Shown here: piece after piece, positions 18,409 to 29,280 of the stretch
Layout: every line of letters starts with the position of its first letter
Numbering within the stretch: position 1 is the stretch's first letter
Assembly: GCA_035308905.1 (NCBI GenBank)
Contig: DATGFS010000048.1
Span: 121,422-185,421 of the forward strand
Source of the DNA: a bacterium
Lineage (GTDB): Bacteria; Sysuimicrobiota; Sysuimicrobiia; Sysuimicrobiales; Segetimicrobiaceae
Reading direction: 5' to 3'
DNA length: 64,000 nt
Translations under genes and position numbers: made by a program
The notes under the pieces: generated by a model
What the model saw: the letters and a program-made list of their open reading frames with translations, nothing else
Database searches by the model: none
What the model was told of the DNA's origin: nothing

Positions 18409-19637
18409 CGCCGTCTTGTCATTCTTGGAGTGCGCCGGAAATCCTTGACGCCGCCCGCTGGACCGCGCTGACCCTCGGCATTCACGCGGCGATCCTGCTC
18501 GCACCGCTGCTGGGGGTCGGCCTGTACGGGCAGTTCGGCGCGGCCGGACTGCACGACGTTCGGATCTATTTCGACTACGCGTCGCGGGCGCTCAGGGGCG
18601 CCGTCCCGTATCGTGACTACCCGGTCGAATATCCGCCGCTCGCCGTACTGCTGTTTGTGATCCCGCGCCTCGCGAGGGGCCGGTTCGAGACGTATGCCTT
18701 CCTGTTTGCCGCGGAAATGTGGCTCTTCGATGGGCTGGCCGTATATCTTGTCGCACGATACACGGCGGCGCGTGAGGGCGTCCGGGCGGTGCCGGTGCGG
18801 CTCGCGTGGTACACTGCGTCGTTCGCCGCGCTCTACCCCGTCGTCGGGAATCGCTACGATCTGGCGCCGGCCGCGGTCGCCCTCGCGGGCGCGCTGGCCT
18901 GGCTCGGGGGGCGGCCGGTCCCCGGCGGGCTGCTCGCCTCCGCCGGCACGCTGATGAAGATCTTCCCGGCGGTCGCGGTGGCGCCGGCAGCCGTGTCCGA
19001 ACTCGCCGCGGCGCGCGTGACGCGTGTCCGCGGTCTCCGCACGTTCGGCGCGGCGACGGTGGTTTGCGGAGCGGCATGGTACGCGCTGGACGGAGCCAGA
19101 GCGGTGACGTACCACGTGGAGCGGGGCTTGCAGATCGAGACGGCGTGGGCCGGAGCGCTGATGCTGGCGGACAAGATCCTCGGAATCGTCCCGGCGTGGC
19201 GCTACAGTCACTCATCGGTGGAACTCGTCGCGCCGGGTGCTGGAGTCCTCGCGGCCTTGGCAATCCCGGCGCAGATCGCCTTGGCCGGTGGTGTGATCTG
19301 GCGGTTCGCGCGATCGGGCCGGGGCGATCCGCTGCGGTACGCGGCCGCCGCCGTCCTGGCGCTGATCGTGCCGGGCAAGGTGCTCTCGCCGCAGTATCTC
19401 GTCTGGCTCGTGCCGTTTGTCCCGGTGCTCGGCGGACCCGCCGGACGGGCCGCGCGCCCGCTCTTCGTGATCGCCTGCGTCGCGACGACGTTCGAGTATC
19501 TCGCGACGCGACACCTGGCGTCTTTCGAGCTATGGGCGGTGCTCGTCCTCAACTGCCGGAACGCGCTGCTCGTCGCGCTGCTGGCCGTGCTCCTCGGCCG
19601 AGGAAGGGCGGGAGAGCCGGAGCCCGCGGGCGGCTAG
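18330..19637 (+). CDS. DUF2029/GT87-like integral membrane glycosyltransferase (putative)
   Basis: About 10 TM helices; the YFDYA...GAVPYRDYPVEYPPLAVLLF motif resembles GT87 mannosyltransferases. The start is uncertain: both in-frame ATGs overlap the divergent DUF4870 gene. Confidence 0.45.
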   Translation: MRRPRLGMPERPATASNHPPVRIGYSSPSCHSWSAPEILDAARWTALTLGIHAAILLAPLLGVGLYGQFGAAGLHDVRIYFDYASRALRGAVPYRDYPVEYPPLAVLLFVIPRLARGRFETYAFLFAAEMWLFDGLAVYLVARYTAAREGVRAVPVRLAWYTASFAALYPVVGNRYDLAPAAVALAGALAWLGGRPVPGGLLASAGTLMKIFPAVAVAPAAVSELAAARVTRVRGLRTFGAATVVCGAAWYALDGARAVTYHVERGLQIETAWAGALMLADKILGIVPAWRYSHSSVELVAPGAGVLAALAIPAQIALAGGVIWRFARSGRGDPLRYAAAAVLALIVPGKVLSPQYLVWLVPFVPVLGGPAGRAARPLFVIACVATTFEYLATRHLASFELWAVLVLNCRNALLVALLAVLLGRGRAGEPEPAGG

Positions 19638-20862
19638 GACCAGCGGCGCTCGTCGACGAGGATACGCTCCGCGCCGGTCAATGTTCCAGGGGGCACGATC
19701 TCGATGGCCGCGCGGAGGCGCGTCGCGTCGTGAACCGCGGCCAGCACGCGCTGCGCCAGCGCGTCGTCGGGCCGCTCGATCTCGAGCCGCGCCACCAAAT
19801 CGTCCAGATGGCCGCTGCGGCGCACGGCGAACTGGTAGCGGGCGACTTCGGGGTGGCGCGCCATGACCGATTTGAGCGTGGCGGGATGGACGAACAGCCC
19901 GCGCACCTTCACCGCGTCGCCGCTCCGGCCGAGGATCCCGCGCAGGCGCGGCGCCGTCCGGCCGCACCGGCAGGGACCGGCGGCGTAGACGGACAGATCG
20001 CCGGTGGCCAGGCGCAGCAGGGGATACGTGGGATCGAGCACCGTGACGACGATCTCGCCGGGGTCTTCGGGGCCGACCGGGGCGCCGGTCTCGGGATCGA
20101 CGAGCTCCACAACGCAGCGCTCGCCGAGATGCAGGCCGTCGGGGTACGGACACTCGTAGGCGATGATCCCCACGTCGGCGGTGGCGTAGGCCTGCCGCGT
20201 GCGAATCCCGCGCGACTCAAACCGCTGCCGCAGCGAGTCCGGCAGCGGCTCCGCGGAGACGAAGGCGACTTCGAAGGCAAGCGCGACGTCCAGCTCGTCG
20301 GCCTTCTCCAACAGACTCGCCAGGAAGCTCGGCGTGCCGGCATACCCGGTCGCGCCAAGCTGCGCCGCGGCGCGACACTGGATCTCGGTGTTGCCGGTGC
20401 CGCCCGGAATCACCACCGCGCCGAGCGCGAGCAGCCCGCCTTCCATGATGGAACCGGCCGGCGTCAGATGATACGAGAAGGAGTTGAGGACCACGTCGCC
20501 CGCCCGGATGCCGGCGGCGTGCATCGCCGCGGCACAGCCCCAGGGATCCGGCGCCGGGCCTTCCGGTTCGTAGATCGGCCCCGGCGAGGCGAACATTTTG
20601 CGCATTCGGTCCCGCGCCGCCCATCCGCCGAGCGGCGGGCTCCCGGCCTGCTCCGCGGGAAGCGCGTCCTTCCGTAAAAGTGGGACCCGGCGCAGCCGGT
20701 CGAGCGTCGGAGTGCCCTCCAGCAGGCCGGCGCGTTCGGCCGCCTGCCGCGCGGCGGGCGCGGACGTCTCCGCCAGGACGTCGCCCAGCCGGCGCATCTG
20801 CCGGGTCAGACGGGCGTCGGCCGGGCCGGCTTCGTCGGGCGAGTAGAGCGAGTCGGCGCGCG

Positions 20863-20875
<13 letters not shown>
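19634..20875 (-). CDS. Phenylacetate-CoA ligase family (PaaK-like / F390-synthetase-like) adenylating enzyme
   Basis: PaaK-like N-terminal and AMP-binding core (TGNTE...SFSYHLTP). GTG start at 20875 overlaps the livF stop by 13 nt. The first 188 codons of the track ORF are junk. Confidence 0.6.
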
Positions 20876-21672
<797 letters not shown>

Positions 21673-21691
21673 GTCGGGTGTGGCGGGCCGC

Positions 21692-22993
21692 CTAGCGCTT
21701 CTGGTTGCGGTATTCGGCCGCGGACTTCGCGATCTGCGCCCGCACCAGGTCCGCGTACGGCTGCCACAGCCCCGGGATGCGCACCCACTTCTGGCCGTCC
21801 CACCGCTGGAAGTACGCGCTCGAGACGCCGCCGTGATCGTCCGGCGTGAGCGTCACCGGCGGGATCATCCCGGTGAGCCCGAGTTCGTGCAGCCGGGCCT
21901 CCGTGAAGTTGAGGTGCTCCAGGCCCCACCGGACCTTGTCGCCGGTGACCGGCAGGCCGAACTGCTTGATGGCGTTGTGGACCGCTTCCGAGAAGACCGC
22001 GGCCTCGATCACGCCGCGGTTGTAGTACACGGTCCCCACCCGCGCCTCGTCGATGTTGCCCTTGCCGTTCTTGTACACGGTCGCCAGGATCTGCTGGATC
22101 ACCGGGAAGTTCCGGCCGACGCCGGTGAAGTTGGACGTGACGTAGTTCTTGGAGAGGTCGGCGGCCGGCCGGACGTCTTCCTCCGAGCCGCACCACCACA
22201 CGCCCATGAATTTGTCGATCGGGAACGCGACCTGGTGCATCGCCGTGAACGGCACCGTGCAGGACTGGCCGAAGTTCCACTGGATCACGTAATCGGCGCG
22301 GAACCGGCGGGCCATGTCGACCCAGGCCGCGCTTTGCTCGAGTCCGGGCGCCGGCAGCGGGAAGTTGCGGAACTCGAACCCGAATTTCGCCGCCAGATCT
22401 TGGAACATCGGGATCGGCTCCCGGCCGTAGGGGATGTCGAGGTGGAGGAGGGCGATGCGCTTGCCCTTCAGGCTGCCCTCGCCGCCGACCGAGGCCGCGA
22501 TGTACCGGATGAAGCTCGACGCCTGGCTCCAATAGTTGCCGAGCACGGGGAAGATCCACGGGAAGGTTTTACCGTCGGTCGCGTCCGACCGGCCGTATCC
22601 GATCGTGACCATGGGGATCTTGTCCGCGATCGACCGGTCGACGAGCGCGTAGGTGATGCCGGTGCTGGAGGGCCACACGACCACCATGTCCTTCTTCGTG
22701 CGCTCGTAGCACTCGACGCCGCGGGCGGTATCGTAGGCGTCCTCGCATTCGCTCCATTGAACCTTGAGCCCGTCGAGCCCGCCCCTCGCATTCAGCAGCG
22801 CGAAGTAGTCCTCGCGCCCGCCGGCGAACCCGCTGCCGCCGGCCGCGTACGCCCCGGTCCGGTAGATCGGCTGCGGTACGGTCAGCACGCCGCCGGACGA
22901 GGCGCCGGGCGCAGGCCCGGAGGCGACGAGCAACGCCAGGATGGCCGCGAGGCTTGCCGCGGCGGAGCCACTCCACAGACGACGCATCCTCAT
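21692..22993 (-). CDS. Leu/Ile/Val-binding-protein family (type I PBP) ABC substrate-binding protein
   Basis: Signal peptide MRMRRLWSGSAAASLAAILALLVA, then the LivK-type fold. Strong RBS AAGGAGG 7 nt upstream of the ATG at 22993. Confidence 0.75.
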   Translation of the reverse strand: MRMRRLWSGSAAASLAAILALLVASGPAPGASSGGVLTVPQPIYRTGAYAAGGSGFAGGREDYFALLNARGGLDGLKVQWSECEDAYDTARGVECYERTKKDMVVVWPSSTGITYALVDRSIADKIPMVTIGYGRSDATDGKTFPWIFPVLGNYWSQASSFIRYIAASVGGEGSLKGKRIALLHLDIPYGREPIPMFQDLAAKFGFEFRNFPLPAPGLEQSAAWVDMARRFRADYVIQWNFGQSCTVPFTAMHQVAFPIDKFMGVWWCGSEEDVRPAADLSKNYVTSNFTGVGRNFPVIQQILATVYKNGKGNIDEARVGTVYYNRGVIEAAVFSEAVHNAIKQFGLPVTGDKVRWGLEHLNFTEARLHELGLTGMIPPVTLTPDDHGGVSSAYFQRWDGQKWVRIPGLWQPYADLVRAQIAKSAAEYRNQKR

Positions 22994-23025
22994 CGATATC
23001 CCTCCTTGCGAGATGTCGTGCACCG

Positions 23026-24093
23026 CTAGTACGCGAACGGCCACAGCCGCAGGTAGTCCTTGATCGTCTTCCACAGCCGCGCCAGACCGAGCGGTTCGAG
23101 CACCAGAAACAGGACGATCATCGTGCCGAAGATGAGGTCTTCCAGGCTGGAGACGAGGCCGTTGGCGGCGCCGCCGGCGGCGAGCGCCCCGGCCTTGTGG
23201 ACGCCGACGCTGACGAGAATCGGCAGCAGCGTGACGAAGCCGGCGCCGAGGAACGACCCGACGATGCTGCCCATGCCGCCGATGATCACCATGCCGAGAA
23301 TCCGGACCGAGTTGACGAGGTCGAACTCCTCGATGTTGGCCGAGCCGTACCAGCAGAAGACGACGAGCGCGCCCGCGACCCCGGCGTAGAAGGCCGCGAC
23401 GACGAACGCCAGCACCTTGTACTTCAAGAGGCGGATGCCGATGATCTCGGCGGCGATGTCGCGGTCCCGGATCGCCATCCACGCGCGGCCGATCCGGCTG
23501 CGCGTGAGGTTCATGCCGAAGACGGTGAGGAGCGCGACGACGGCGAGCGCGAGATAGTACTGCCGCAGCGCCGTGTCCAGCACGAGGCCGCCCACGCGGA
23601 CGGTCGGCGTGTTGATCGTTGCGAACACGCCGCCGCTGATCCACGGGACGTGCTGGATCGTCCACGTGATCAGAAACTGCGAGGCGAGGGTGGCGACGGC
23701 GAGATAGAAGCCCTTGATCCGCAGCGACGGCGTGCCGGCGGCGGCGCCGACCGCGGCGGCGATGAGTCCCGCGCCGAGCAGCGCCAGCGGCAGCGGCACC
23801 CCGTACCGGCCGTAGAGGATCACGCCGGCGTAGGCGCCGACCGCCATGAACGCGGCCTGCCCGAGCGACAAGAGGCCGGCGTAACCGGTGAGGAAGTTCA
23901 GGCCGAGCGCGGCGAGCGAGAAGACGAGGAACGGGATCAGGATGCCGCGCAGCCAGTAGGTCCCGAGGACCGGCGGCAGCAGCACCGCCGCCAGGACGAG
24001 CGCGGCCGTGCCGAGCCGGTCCGCCGGCAGCGGAAACAGCGCCGCGTCCTGGGCGTAGGAGGTCCGGTAGACTCCGCACTCCCGGTAGAGCAA
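23026..24093 (-). CDS. livM: Branched-chain-amino-acid-type ABC permease (LivM-like)
   Basis: LivM-like TM core. TTG start at 24093 preceded by GGGGAGG, immediately after the livH stop. Confidence 0.7.
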   Translation of the reverse strand: MLYRECGVYRTSYAQDAALFPLPADRLGTAALVLAAVLLPPVLGTYWLRGILIPFLVFSLAALGLNFLTGYAGLLSLGQAAFMAVGAYAGVILYGRYGVPLPLALLGAGLIAAAVGAAAGTPSLRIKGFYLAVATLASQFLITWTIQHVPWISGGVFATINTPTVRVGGLVLDTALRQYYLALAVVALLTVFGMNLTRSRIGRAWMAIRDRDIAAEIIGIRLLKYKVLAFVVAAFYAGVAGALVVFCWYGSANIEEFDLVNSVRILGMVIIGGMGSIVGSFLGAGFVTLLPILVSVGVHKAGALAAGGAANGLVSSLEDLIFGTMIVLFLVLEPLGLARLWKTIKDYLRLWPFAY

Positions 24094-24107
24094 TGCCGCC
24101 TCCCCGC

Positions 24108-24998
24108 CTAGACGCGCTCGATGACCGGCCGTCCGAACAAGCCGTACGGCCGCACCATCAGAAACACGAGGGCCACGAGATAGGGGAAGATCTCCTGCAC
24201 GCCGCCCCCGACCAGGGGACCGATGAAGCCCTCGGCGAGGTTCTCCGTGGCGCCGACGATCAGCCCGCCGACGATCGCGCCCGGAATACTGTCGATCCCG
24301 CCGATGATCAGCACCGGCAGCGCCTTGAAGGCGATCAAGGACACCGCAAACCCCACGCCGATGCGGTTGCCCCACAGGATGCCCGCCGCGATCGCGACGA
24401 GTCCCGACAGCGTCCAGGCGACCACCCATACGCGGCGCAGGTCGATCCCGACCGACATGGCCGCTTCGTGATCGTCCGCGACCGCGCGCAGGCCGAGGCC
24501 GAGCTTTGTCCGCTGAAAGAACCAGATGAGGGCGGCGACGATCACCGCGACCGCGCCGGCGGCGAACAGGTCGACGCGGTTGATGAGGATGCCGGCGGCC
24601 TGGATCGGCTCCGCCGAGATGCCGAGCGAGAGCCGATGCGGCTCCGTGCCCCAGAGCGCCTGCGCCAGGCCGCCGAGCGCGAAGGTCACGCCGAGCGTGG
24701 ACATGGCGAGCGCGAGCGGCGGGCGTCCCGCGAGCGGCCGCAGCGCCAGCCGCTCGACCGCGACAGCCAGCGCGGTCATGAGCGCCACGACGAAGAGGAG
24801 GGCCAGCGGCCACCCGAGCCGGGGCAGCACGCTCACGAGCGCAAGCGCCGCGAAGAACGTCATCGCGCCCTGGGCGAAGTTGAACACGTCGGACGCCTTG
24901 TAGATGAGCACGAAGCCGAGCGCGACCATCGCGTACAGCACGCCGACGAGCAGCCCGCTCACGAGCAGTTCGAGGCCGAAACTGAGGTCCGCGGACAC
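24108..24998 (-). CDS. livH: Branched-chain-amino-acid-type ABC permease (LivH-like)
   Basis: LivH-like N-terminus (LVSGLLVGVLYAMVALGFVLIYKASDVFNFAQG). Confidence 0.8.
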   Translation of the reverse strand: MSADLSFGLELLVSGLLVGVLYAMVALGFVLIYKASDVFNFAQGAMTFFAALALVSVLPRLGWPLALLFVVALMTALAVAVERLALRPLAGRPPLALAMSTLGVTFALGGLAQALWGTEPHRLSLGISAEPIQAAGILINRVDLFAAGAVAVIVAALIWFFQRTKLGLGLRAVADDHEAAMSVGIDLRRVWVVAWTLSGLVAIAAGILWGNRIGVGFAVSLIAFKALPVLIIGGIDSIPGAIVGGLIVGATENLAEGFIGPLVGGGVQEIFPYLVALVFLMVRPYGLFGRPVIERV

Positions 24999-25000
24999 GG

Positions 25001-26935
25001 TCAGGCGCGGGTCGGCGCCGCCGAGACCGGCTCAGGGTCCAGGGTGTGGATCCGCAGCGAGCGGGAGACCTGCGCTTCCCGCCCGTCCTCGTAGCGGACG
25101 GTCGCGCGCACCGCGATCTCCGACGCGGCGGGATCGTAGAGCGCCTCGATGATCGGCGCGTACTTCTCGCCGATAAAGCGCCGGCGCACCTTGCGGGTGC
25201 GCGTGATCTCCGCGTCGTCCGGGTCCAGCTCTTTGTGGAGGATCACGAAGCGGCGGATGCGGAGCGGCGGGGCGAGCAGCGCGTTCACGCGCCGGACCTC
25301 GTCCGCGACCAGGCCGGCGACGCGGGGGTTTTGGGCGAGGTCGGTGTAGCCCGAGTAGGCGACCTGCCGCCGCTGCGCCCAGTTGCCCACGACCTCGGGG
25401 TCGATGTTGATCATCGCGGCGACGTACGGGCGCTCGTGCCCGACGGCCACCGCTTCTTTAATGTAGGGACTGAACTTCAGCTTGTTCTCGACGTACTGCG
25501 GCGCGAACACCGTGCCGTCCTCGAGGTGCGACACGTCCCTGGCCCGATCGAGGATGACGAGGTGCCCGTCCGGGTCCAGGAGGCCTGCGTCCCCGGTCCG
25601 CAGCCACCCGTCCCGCAGCGCTTCCGCCGTCGCCGCCGGGTCGCGGAAGTACCCGGAGAAGAGTCCCGGAGAGGCGATCAGAACTTCGCCGCCGTCGTCG
25701 ACGCGGAGCCGGACGCCGGGAATCGGCGGGCCCACCGTGTCGGGCTTGACTTGGGTCCCGGGCTGAACAGTCGCCGGGGTGCTGCACTCCGTCATCCCGT
25801 AGAGCTGGGTCAGATTCACCCCGATACCGCGGAAGAACTCGAGCACCTCGGGTGCGATCGGCGCGCCCCCGGTGATGGCCACGCGGATGCGGCGGAGGCC
25901 GAGCTGGTCCCGCAGCGCCGCGAAGACGAGCGGTTCGCCGACGGCACAGCGCACCCGGTCGGCCGCCGTTGGGCTGCCGCCCTGCAGCGTCGCGCGGGCC
26001 GTTCGCATCGCCGCGGCGACGAGCCGGCGGGTGACCCCGCGCTTCAGCCAGTCGGCGTCCTCGATCCTGACCTGGCACTGCGCGAGCAGGCTCTCCCAGA
26101 TGCGCGGCGGCGCAAACGTCACCGTCGGGCCGATCTCCCGGAAGTCCGCCCGCACCGTCTCCACGCTCTCCGGACAGTTGATCGTCGCACCGCTCAGCAG
26201 TGCGACCACCACCGAGAAGAACGTGTCGCCGACCCAGGCCATCGGCAGGTACGCGAGCATTTGGTCCGTCGGCCCGACCGGCACCACCTGGAGGAAGCTC
26301 CGGCCGGTCTCGATGAGCGCGCGGTGCGAGAGCATGACGCCTTTTGCGGCGCCGGTCGTTCCGGACGTATAGCTGATCAGCGCGACGTCTTCGGGGCCGA
26401 GACCGTCGATGAGCGCGCGAAACGCGGCGGGGCCGCCGCCATCCGCTTCACGGCCGAGCGCGAACACCGTGTCGAGGCCGCGGAGGCCGGGCTCGGCGTA
26501 GTGGCGAAGGCCCTTCGGATTCTCGTACAGGAGATGCTCGACCGACGGCAGCTCCCCCCGCACTTCCAGGATCTTGTCGATCTGCTCCTGGTCCTCCGCG
26601 ACGACGATCCGCGCGCCGGCGTGGGCGATCGCGTACCGGAGCTCGTTCGCGGTCGCGTCCTGATAGACCGGAACCGGGATGCCGCCGAGCGTCTGCGCCG
26701 CGAGCATCGCCCAGTAGAGCTCCGGCCGGTTGTCGCCCACGATGGCGAGGCGATCGCCGCGCCCGAAGCCAAGCCGCGCGAACCCCAGGGCGAGGGCGTG
26801 CACGCGGTCGAGGCTCTCGGCCCACGTGTAGGACTGCCAGATGCCGTACTCTTTCTCGCGCACGGCGATCCGGCCGCCGCGCTCCTGCGCGTGGGCGAGG
26901 AGCAGCGCGGGCAGCGTCGTCATCGCCGCCGTCAT
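25001..26935 (-). CDS. AMP-dependent synthetase/ligase (long-chain acyl- or aryl-CoA ligase, FadD-like)
   Basis: AMP-binding motif ISYTSGTTGAAKGVMLSHRAL. Start ATG at 26935 forms an ATGA overlap with the livG stop. Confidence 0.8.
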   Translation of the reverse strand: MTAAMTTLPALLLAHAQERGGRIAVREKEYGIWQSYTWAESLDRVHALALGFARLGFGRGDRLAIVGDNRPELYWAMLAAQTLGGIPVPVYQDATANELRYAIAHAGARIVVAEDQEQIDKILEVRGELPSVEHLLYENPKGLRHYAEPGLRGLDTVFALGREADGGGPAAFRALIDGLGPEDVALISYTSGTTGAAKGVMLSHRALIETGRSFLQVVPVGPTDQMLAYLPMAWVGDTFFSVVVALLSGATINCPESVETVRADFREIGPTVTFAPPRIWESLLAQCQVRIEDADWLKRGVTRRLVAAAMRTARATLQGGSPTAADRVRCAVGEPLVFAALRDQLGLRRIRVAITGGAPIAPEVLEFFRGIGVNLTQLYGMTECSTPATVQPGTQVKPDTVGPPIPGVRLRVDDGGEVLIASPGLFSGYFRDPAATAEALRDGWLRTGDAGLLDPDGHLVILDRARDVSHLEDGTVFAPQYVENKLKFSPYIKEAVAVGHERPYVAAMINIDPEVVGNWAQRRQVAYSGYTDLAQNPRVAGLVADEVRRVNALLAPPLRIRRFVILHKELDPDDAEITRTRKVRRRFIGEKYAPIIEALYDPAASEIAVRATVRYEDGREAQVSRSLRIHTLDPEPVSAAPTRA

Positions 26936-27741
26936 CGCACGGCTCCGGCCGCGGGCGCCACCGGCGCCCCGCCGAGATAGGCCCGCAGCACCTCGGGATT
27001 GGCGCGGACGTCGTCCGGGGCGCCTTCGGCGATCTTCCTGCCGTGGTCCAGCACGACGACGCGATGCGAGATGTCCATCACGATCCCCATGTCGTGTTCG
27101 ATCAGCACGATCGCCGGCGCCCACTCGTCGCTGATGTCGAGGATGAACCGGACCATGTCCTCTTTCTCCTCGCGGTTCATCCCGGTCATGGGCTCGTCGA
27201 GCAGCAGGACGGTCGGCTCCGCGGCGAGCGCGCGTCCGAGGTCGACGCGCTTGCGCAGCCCGTAGGGGAGCGTTCCCGCCGGGGCCTTGCGGATGTGGGA
27301 GATCTCGAGAAAGTCGATGATGCGCTCGGCCGCTTCGCGGTGCCGCAGCTCTTCCCGTTCGCCCCAGCCCCAGTAGATGCCGGCGGCCAGGACCCCCCCG
27401 CGCATGTGGATGTGCCGCCCGACGAGGATGTTTTCGAGGACCGTCATGCCGCCGAACAGGGAGACGTTTTGGAAGGTGCGGGCGACGCCGCGGCGGGCGA
27501 CCTCGTCGGGGGACCGGCCCGTGATCTCCCGGCCGTCGAGGACGATCCGCCCCGCCGCCGGCCGGTAGACCCCGCTGATCGTGTTGAGCAGCGTGGTTTT
27601 CCCCGCGCCGTTGGGACCGATCAGGGCGAGGATCTCGCCTCCCCGAACCTCGACGCCGACCCCCGAAAGGGCCGTCACACCGCCGAATCGGACGAGCACG
27701 TCCTCTGCTCGAAGCCTCGGACCGCGGTCCCCGTTGAGCAT
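26932..27741 (-). CDS. livG: Branched-chain-amino-acid-type ABC transporter ATP-binding protein (LivG-like)
   Basis: GPNGAGKTT, LLDEPMTGMN and LIEHDM motifs. Start ATG at 27741 with RBS GGAG. Confidence 0.8.
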   Translation of the reverse strand: MLNGDRGPRLRAEDVLVRFGGVTALSGVGVEVRGGEILALIGPNGAGKTTLLNTISGVYRPAAGRIVLDGREITGRSPDEVARRGVARTFQNVSLFGGMTVLENILVGRHIHMRGGVLAAGIYWGWGEREELRHREAAERIIDFLEISHIRKAPAGTLPYGLRKRVDLGRALAAEPTVLLLDEPMTGMNREEKEDMVRFILDISDEWAPAIVLIEHDMGIVMDISHRVVVLDHGRKIAEGAPDDVRANPEVLRAYLGGAPVAPAAGAVR

Positions 27742-27935
27742 CACGGCTCCGGGTGGAAAGTTGTCACGCCGCGTTCGCCGCATCGCGCCGGGACTCCTGC
27801 GCTTTGGGACCCCGGGGTTAGAGCTCCGCCGGGACAGGGTATTGTTCATTGTAAGCACCCCGGGGCTGGTCCCCGGGGTTGTGTGTGCGTCGCTACACCG
27901 GTACTGAGTTTCCAATAAGGACGGTGAGAGTACCG

Positions 27936-29168
27936 ATGAATAGAACACGCGCGGTGTGGATCGCCCTCGCCCTGGTGGCGGCGATCTCGGTCGCGGCGCC
28001 GATGCCTTCGGGCGCCCAGGGCGTAATCAGGGTGTTTGTCGACGGTCAGCCCGTCAACTTCGACGTGCCTCCGACTGTGATTCAGGGCCGCGTCCTCGTT
28101 CCGCTGCGCGGCATCTTCGAGCGGCTGGGCGCGACGGTGGACTACAACGCCGCGAACCAGCACATCCTGGCGGTCCGCGGCGGACAGACCGTCGAGCTGA
28201 CGGTGGGGTCGCGCCAGGCCGCCGTCAACACCCAGCCGCAGCTGCTGGACGTACCCGCGTTTACGATCAACGGCCGGACGATGGTGCCGCTCCGCTTCAT
28301 CAGCGAAGCCCTCGGCGCCGGCGTGCAGTGGAACGCGGCCAACGCCACGATCTTGATCAACAGCGGCGGCGGCGCGCCGACCGCCGCGGCACCCCCTGTC
28401 ACGCCGTCGGGTGAGGTCACCGGGCGGCTGATGGCGGTGACGACCGGACAGAACCCCCAGGTTGTCGTGCGTGCGAACAACCAAGACTACACGTATACCG
28501 TAAGTCCGCAGACGGCGATCTACCGATTCAACGCCGCCACGAACGCCGGCGGCTCGGCGCCGCTCGGCGCCCTCCACGCCGGCGATCAGGTTGTAGTCGA
28601 TGCGAGCGGCAACCAGGCAACCAAGATCACAGCCACCTATCGCGTGGTGCCGGCCGGCCGTATTGCCTCCATCAACGCCGGCAACCGGACGGTCACGCTC
28701 GCGAACGGTCAGCGCTACGTTGTGCTGCCCGACGCCGTGATCACGCTGAACGGCCAGGCCGCGGACTTCAGCGCGCTGCAGAACGGCCGGGCGGCGCGTT
28801 TCTCCGTGGTGCAGGGAACGAATCAGGCGTACGAGGTCGCCGTGACGACCCCGGCGGCAGCGACGCCGGTGCCGACCGCGCTGACCGCGCCGACGATCAC
28901 GTCGCCCGGCAACGGGCAGCGGGTCGGGACGAGCGTGACTGTTCAGGGACAGGCCCAGCCCGGCGCGCTGGTCGTCGTGACGGCCCAGCCGCGGCTCCTG
29001 GGGCAGGTGGTACGCGTGTCGACAACCGCGAACGCCAACGGGGCGTGGCAGGTGGCGTTGAACCTGACCTCGATTCCGCTGGTGGGCACGCCCTACGTCG
29101 TCAGCGCGGCGCAGATCGTGAACGGCGCGCAGTCCGACGCGGCGAGCATCGAAGTGAACGTGCAGTAG
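27936..29168 (+). CDS. Secreted protein with a copper-amine-oxidase N-terminal (stalk) domain plus C-terminal Ig-like/beta-rich repeats
   Basis: Signal peptide, then a Cu_amine_oxidN1-like domain (VLVPLRGIFERLGATVDYNAANQ...TMVPLRFISEALGAGVQWNAAN), then repetitive Thr/Val/Gln-rich beta segments. RBS AAGGACGGTGAGAG. Confidence 0.6.
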   Translation: MNRTRAVWIALALVAAISVAAPMPSGAQGVIRVFVDGQPVNFDVPPTVIQGRVLVPLRGIFERLGATVDYNAANQHILAVRGGQTVELTVGSRQAAVNTQPQLLDVPAFTINGRTMVPLRFISEALGAGVQWNAANATILINSGGGAPTAAAPPVTPSGEVTGRLMAVTTGQNPQVVVRANNQDYTYTVSPQTAIYRFNAATNAGGSAPLGALHAGDQVVVDASGNQATKITATYRVVPAGRIASINAGNRTVTLANGQRYVVLPDAVITLNGQAADFSALQNGRAARFSVVQGTNQAYEVAVTTPAAATPVPTALTAPTITSPGNGQRVGTSVTVQGQAQPGALVVVTAQPRLLGQVVRVSTTANANGAWQVALNLTSIPLVGTPYVVSAAQIVNGAQSDAASIEVNVQ

Positions 29169-29226
29169 CGCTCTTGAGACTCGGTCGGGCCGCCCGCGGG
29201 CGGTCCGATCGACCGGTATGAAGAGA

Positions 29227-29259
29227 GCGGGGCGGGTCCTCAGAGAGGACCCGCCCCGC
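29227..29259. terminator. Perfect 15-bp GC stem-loop between convergent genes
   Basis: GCGGGGCGGGTCCTC-AGA-GAGGACCCGCCCCGC. There is no clean U-tract, so intrinsic termination is uncertain. Confidence 0.4.
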
Positions 29260-29280
29260 GGCGCTTATGCTGCGGCGATG

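Noticed and set aside
18806-20677. 623-aa plus-strand ORF overlapping the GT87-like and PaaK-like genes
   Set aside because: An out-of-frame or antisense Arg-rich product that conflicts with better-supported genes.
21692-24813. Long fused ORFs 21692..24079 and 23026..24813 (795 and 595 aa)
   Set aside because: Only the C-terminal portions are genuine (SBP from 22993; LivM from the TTG at 24093). Their N-terminal halves run through neighbouring genes in wrong frames.
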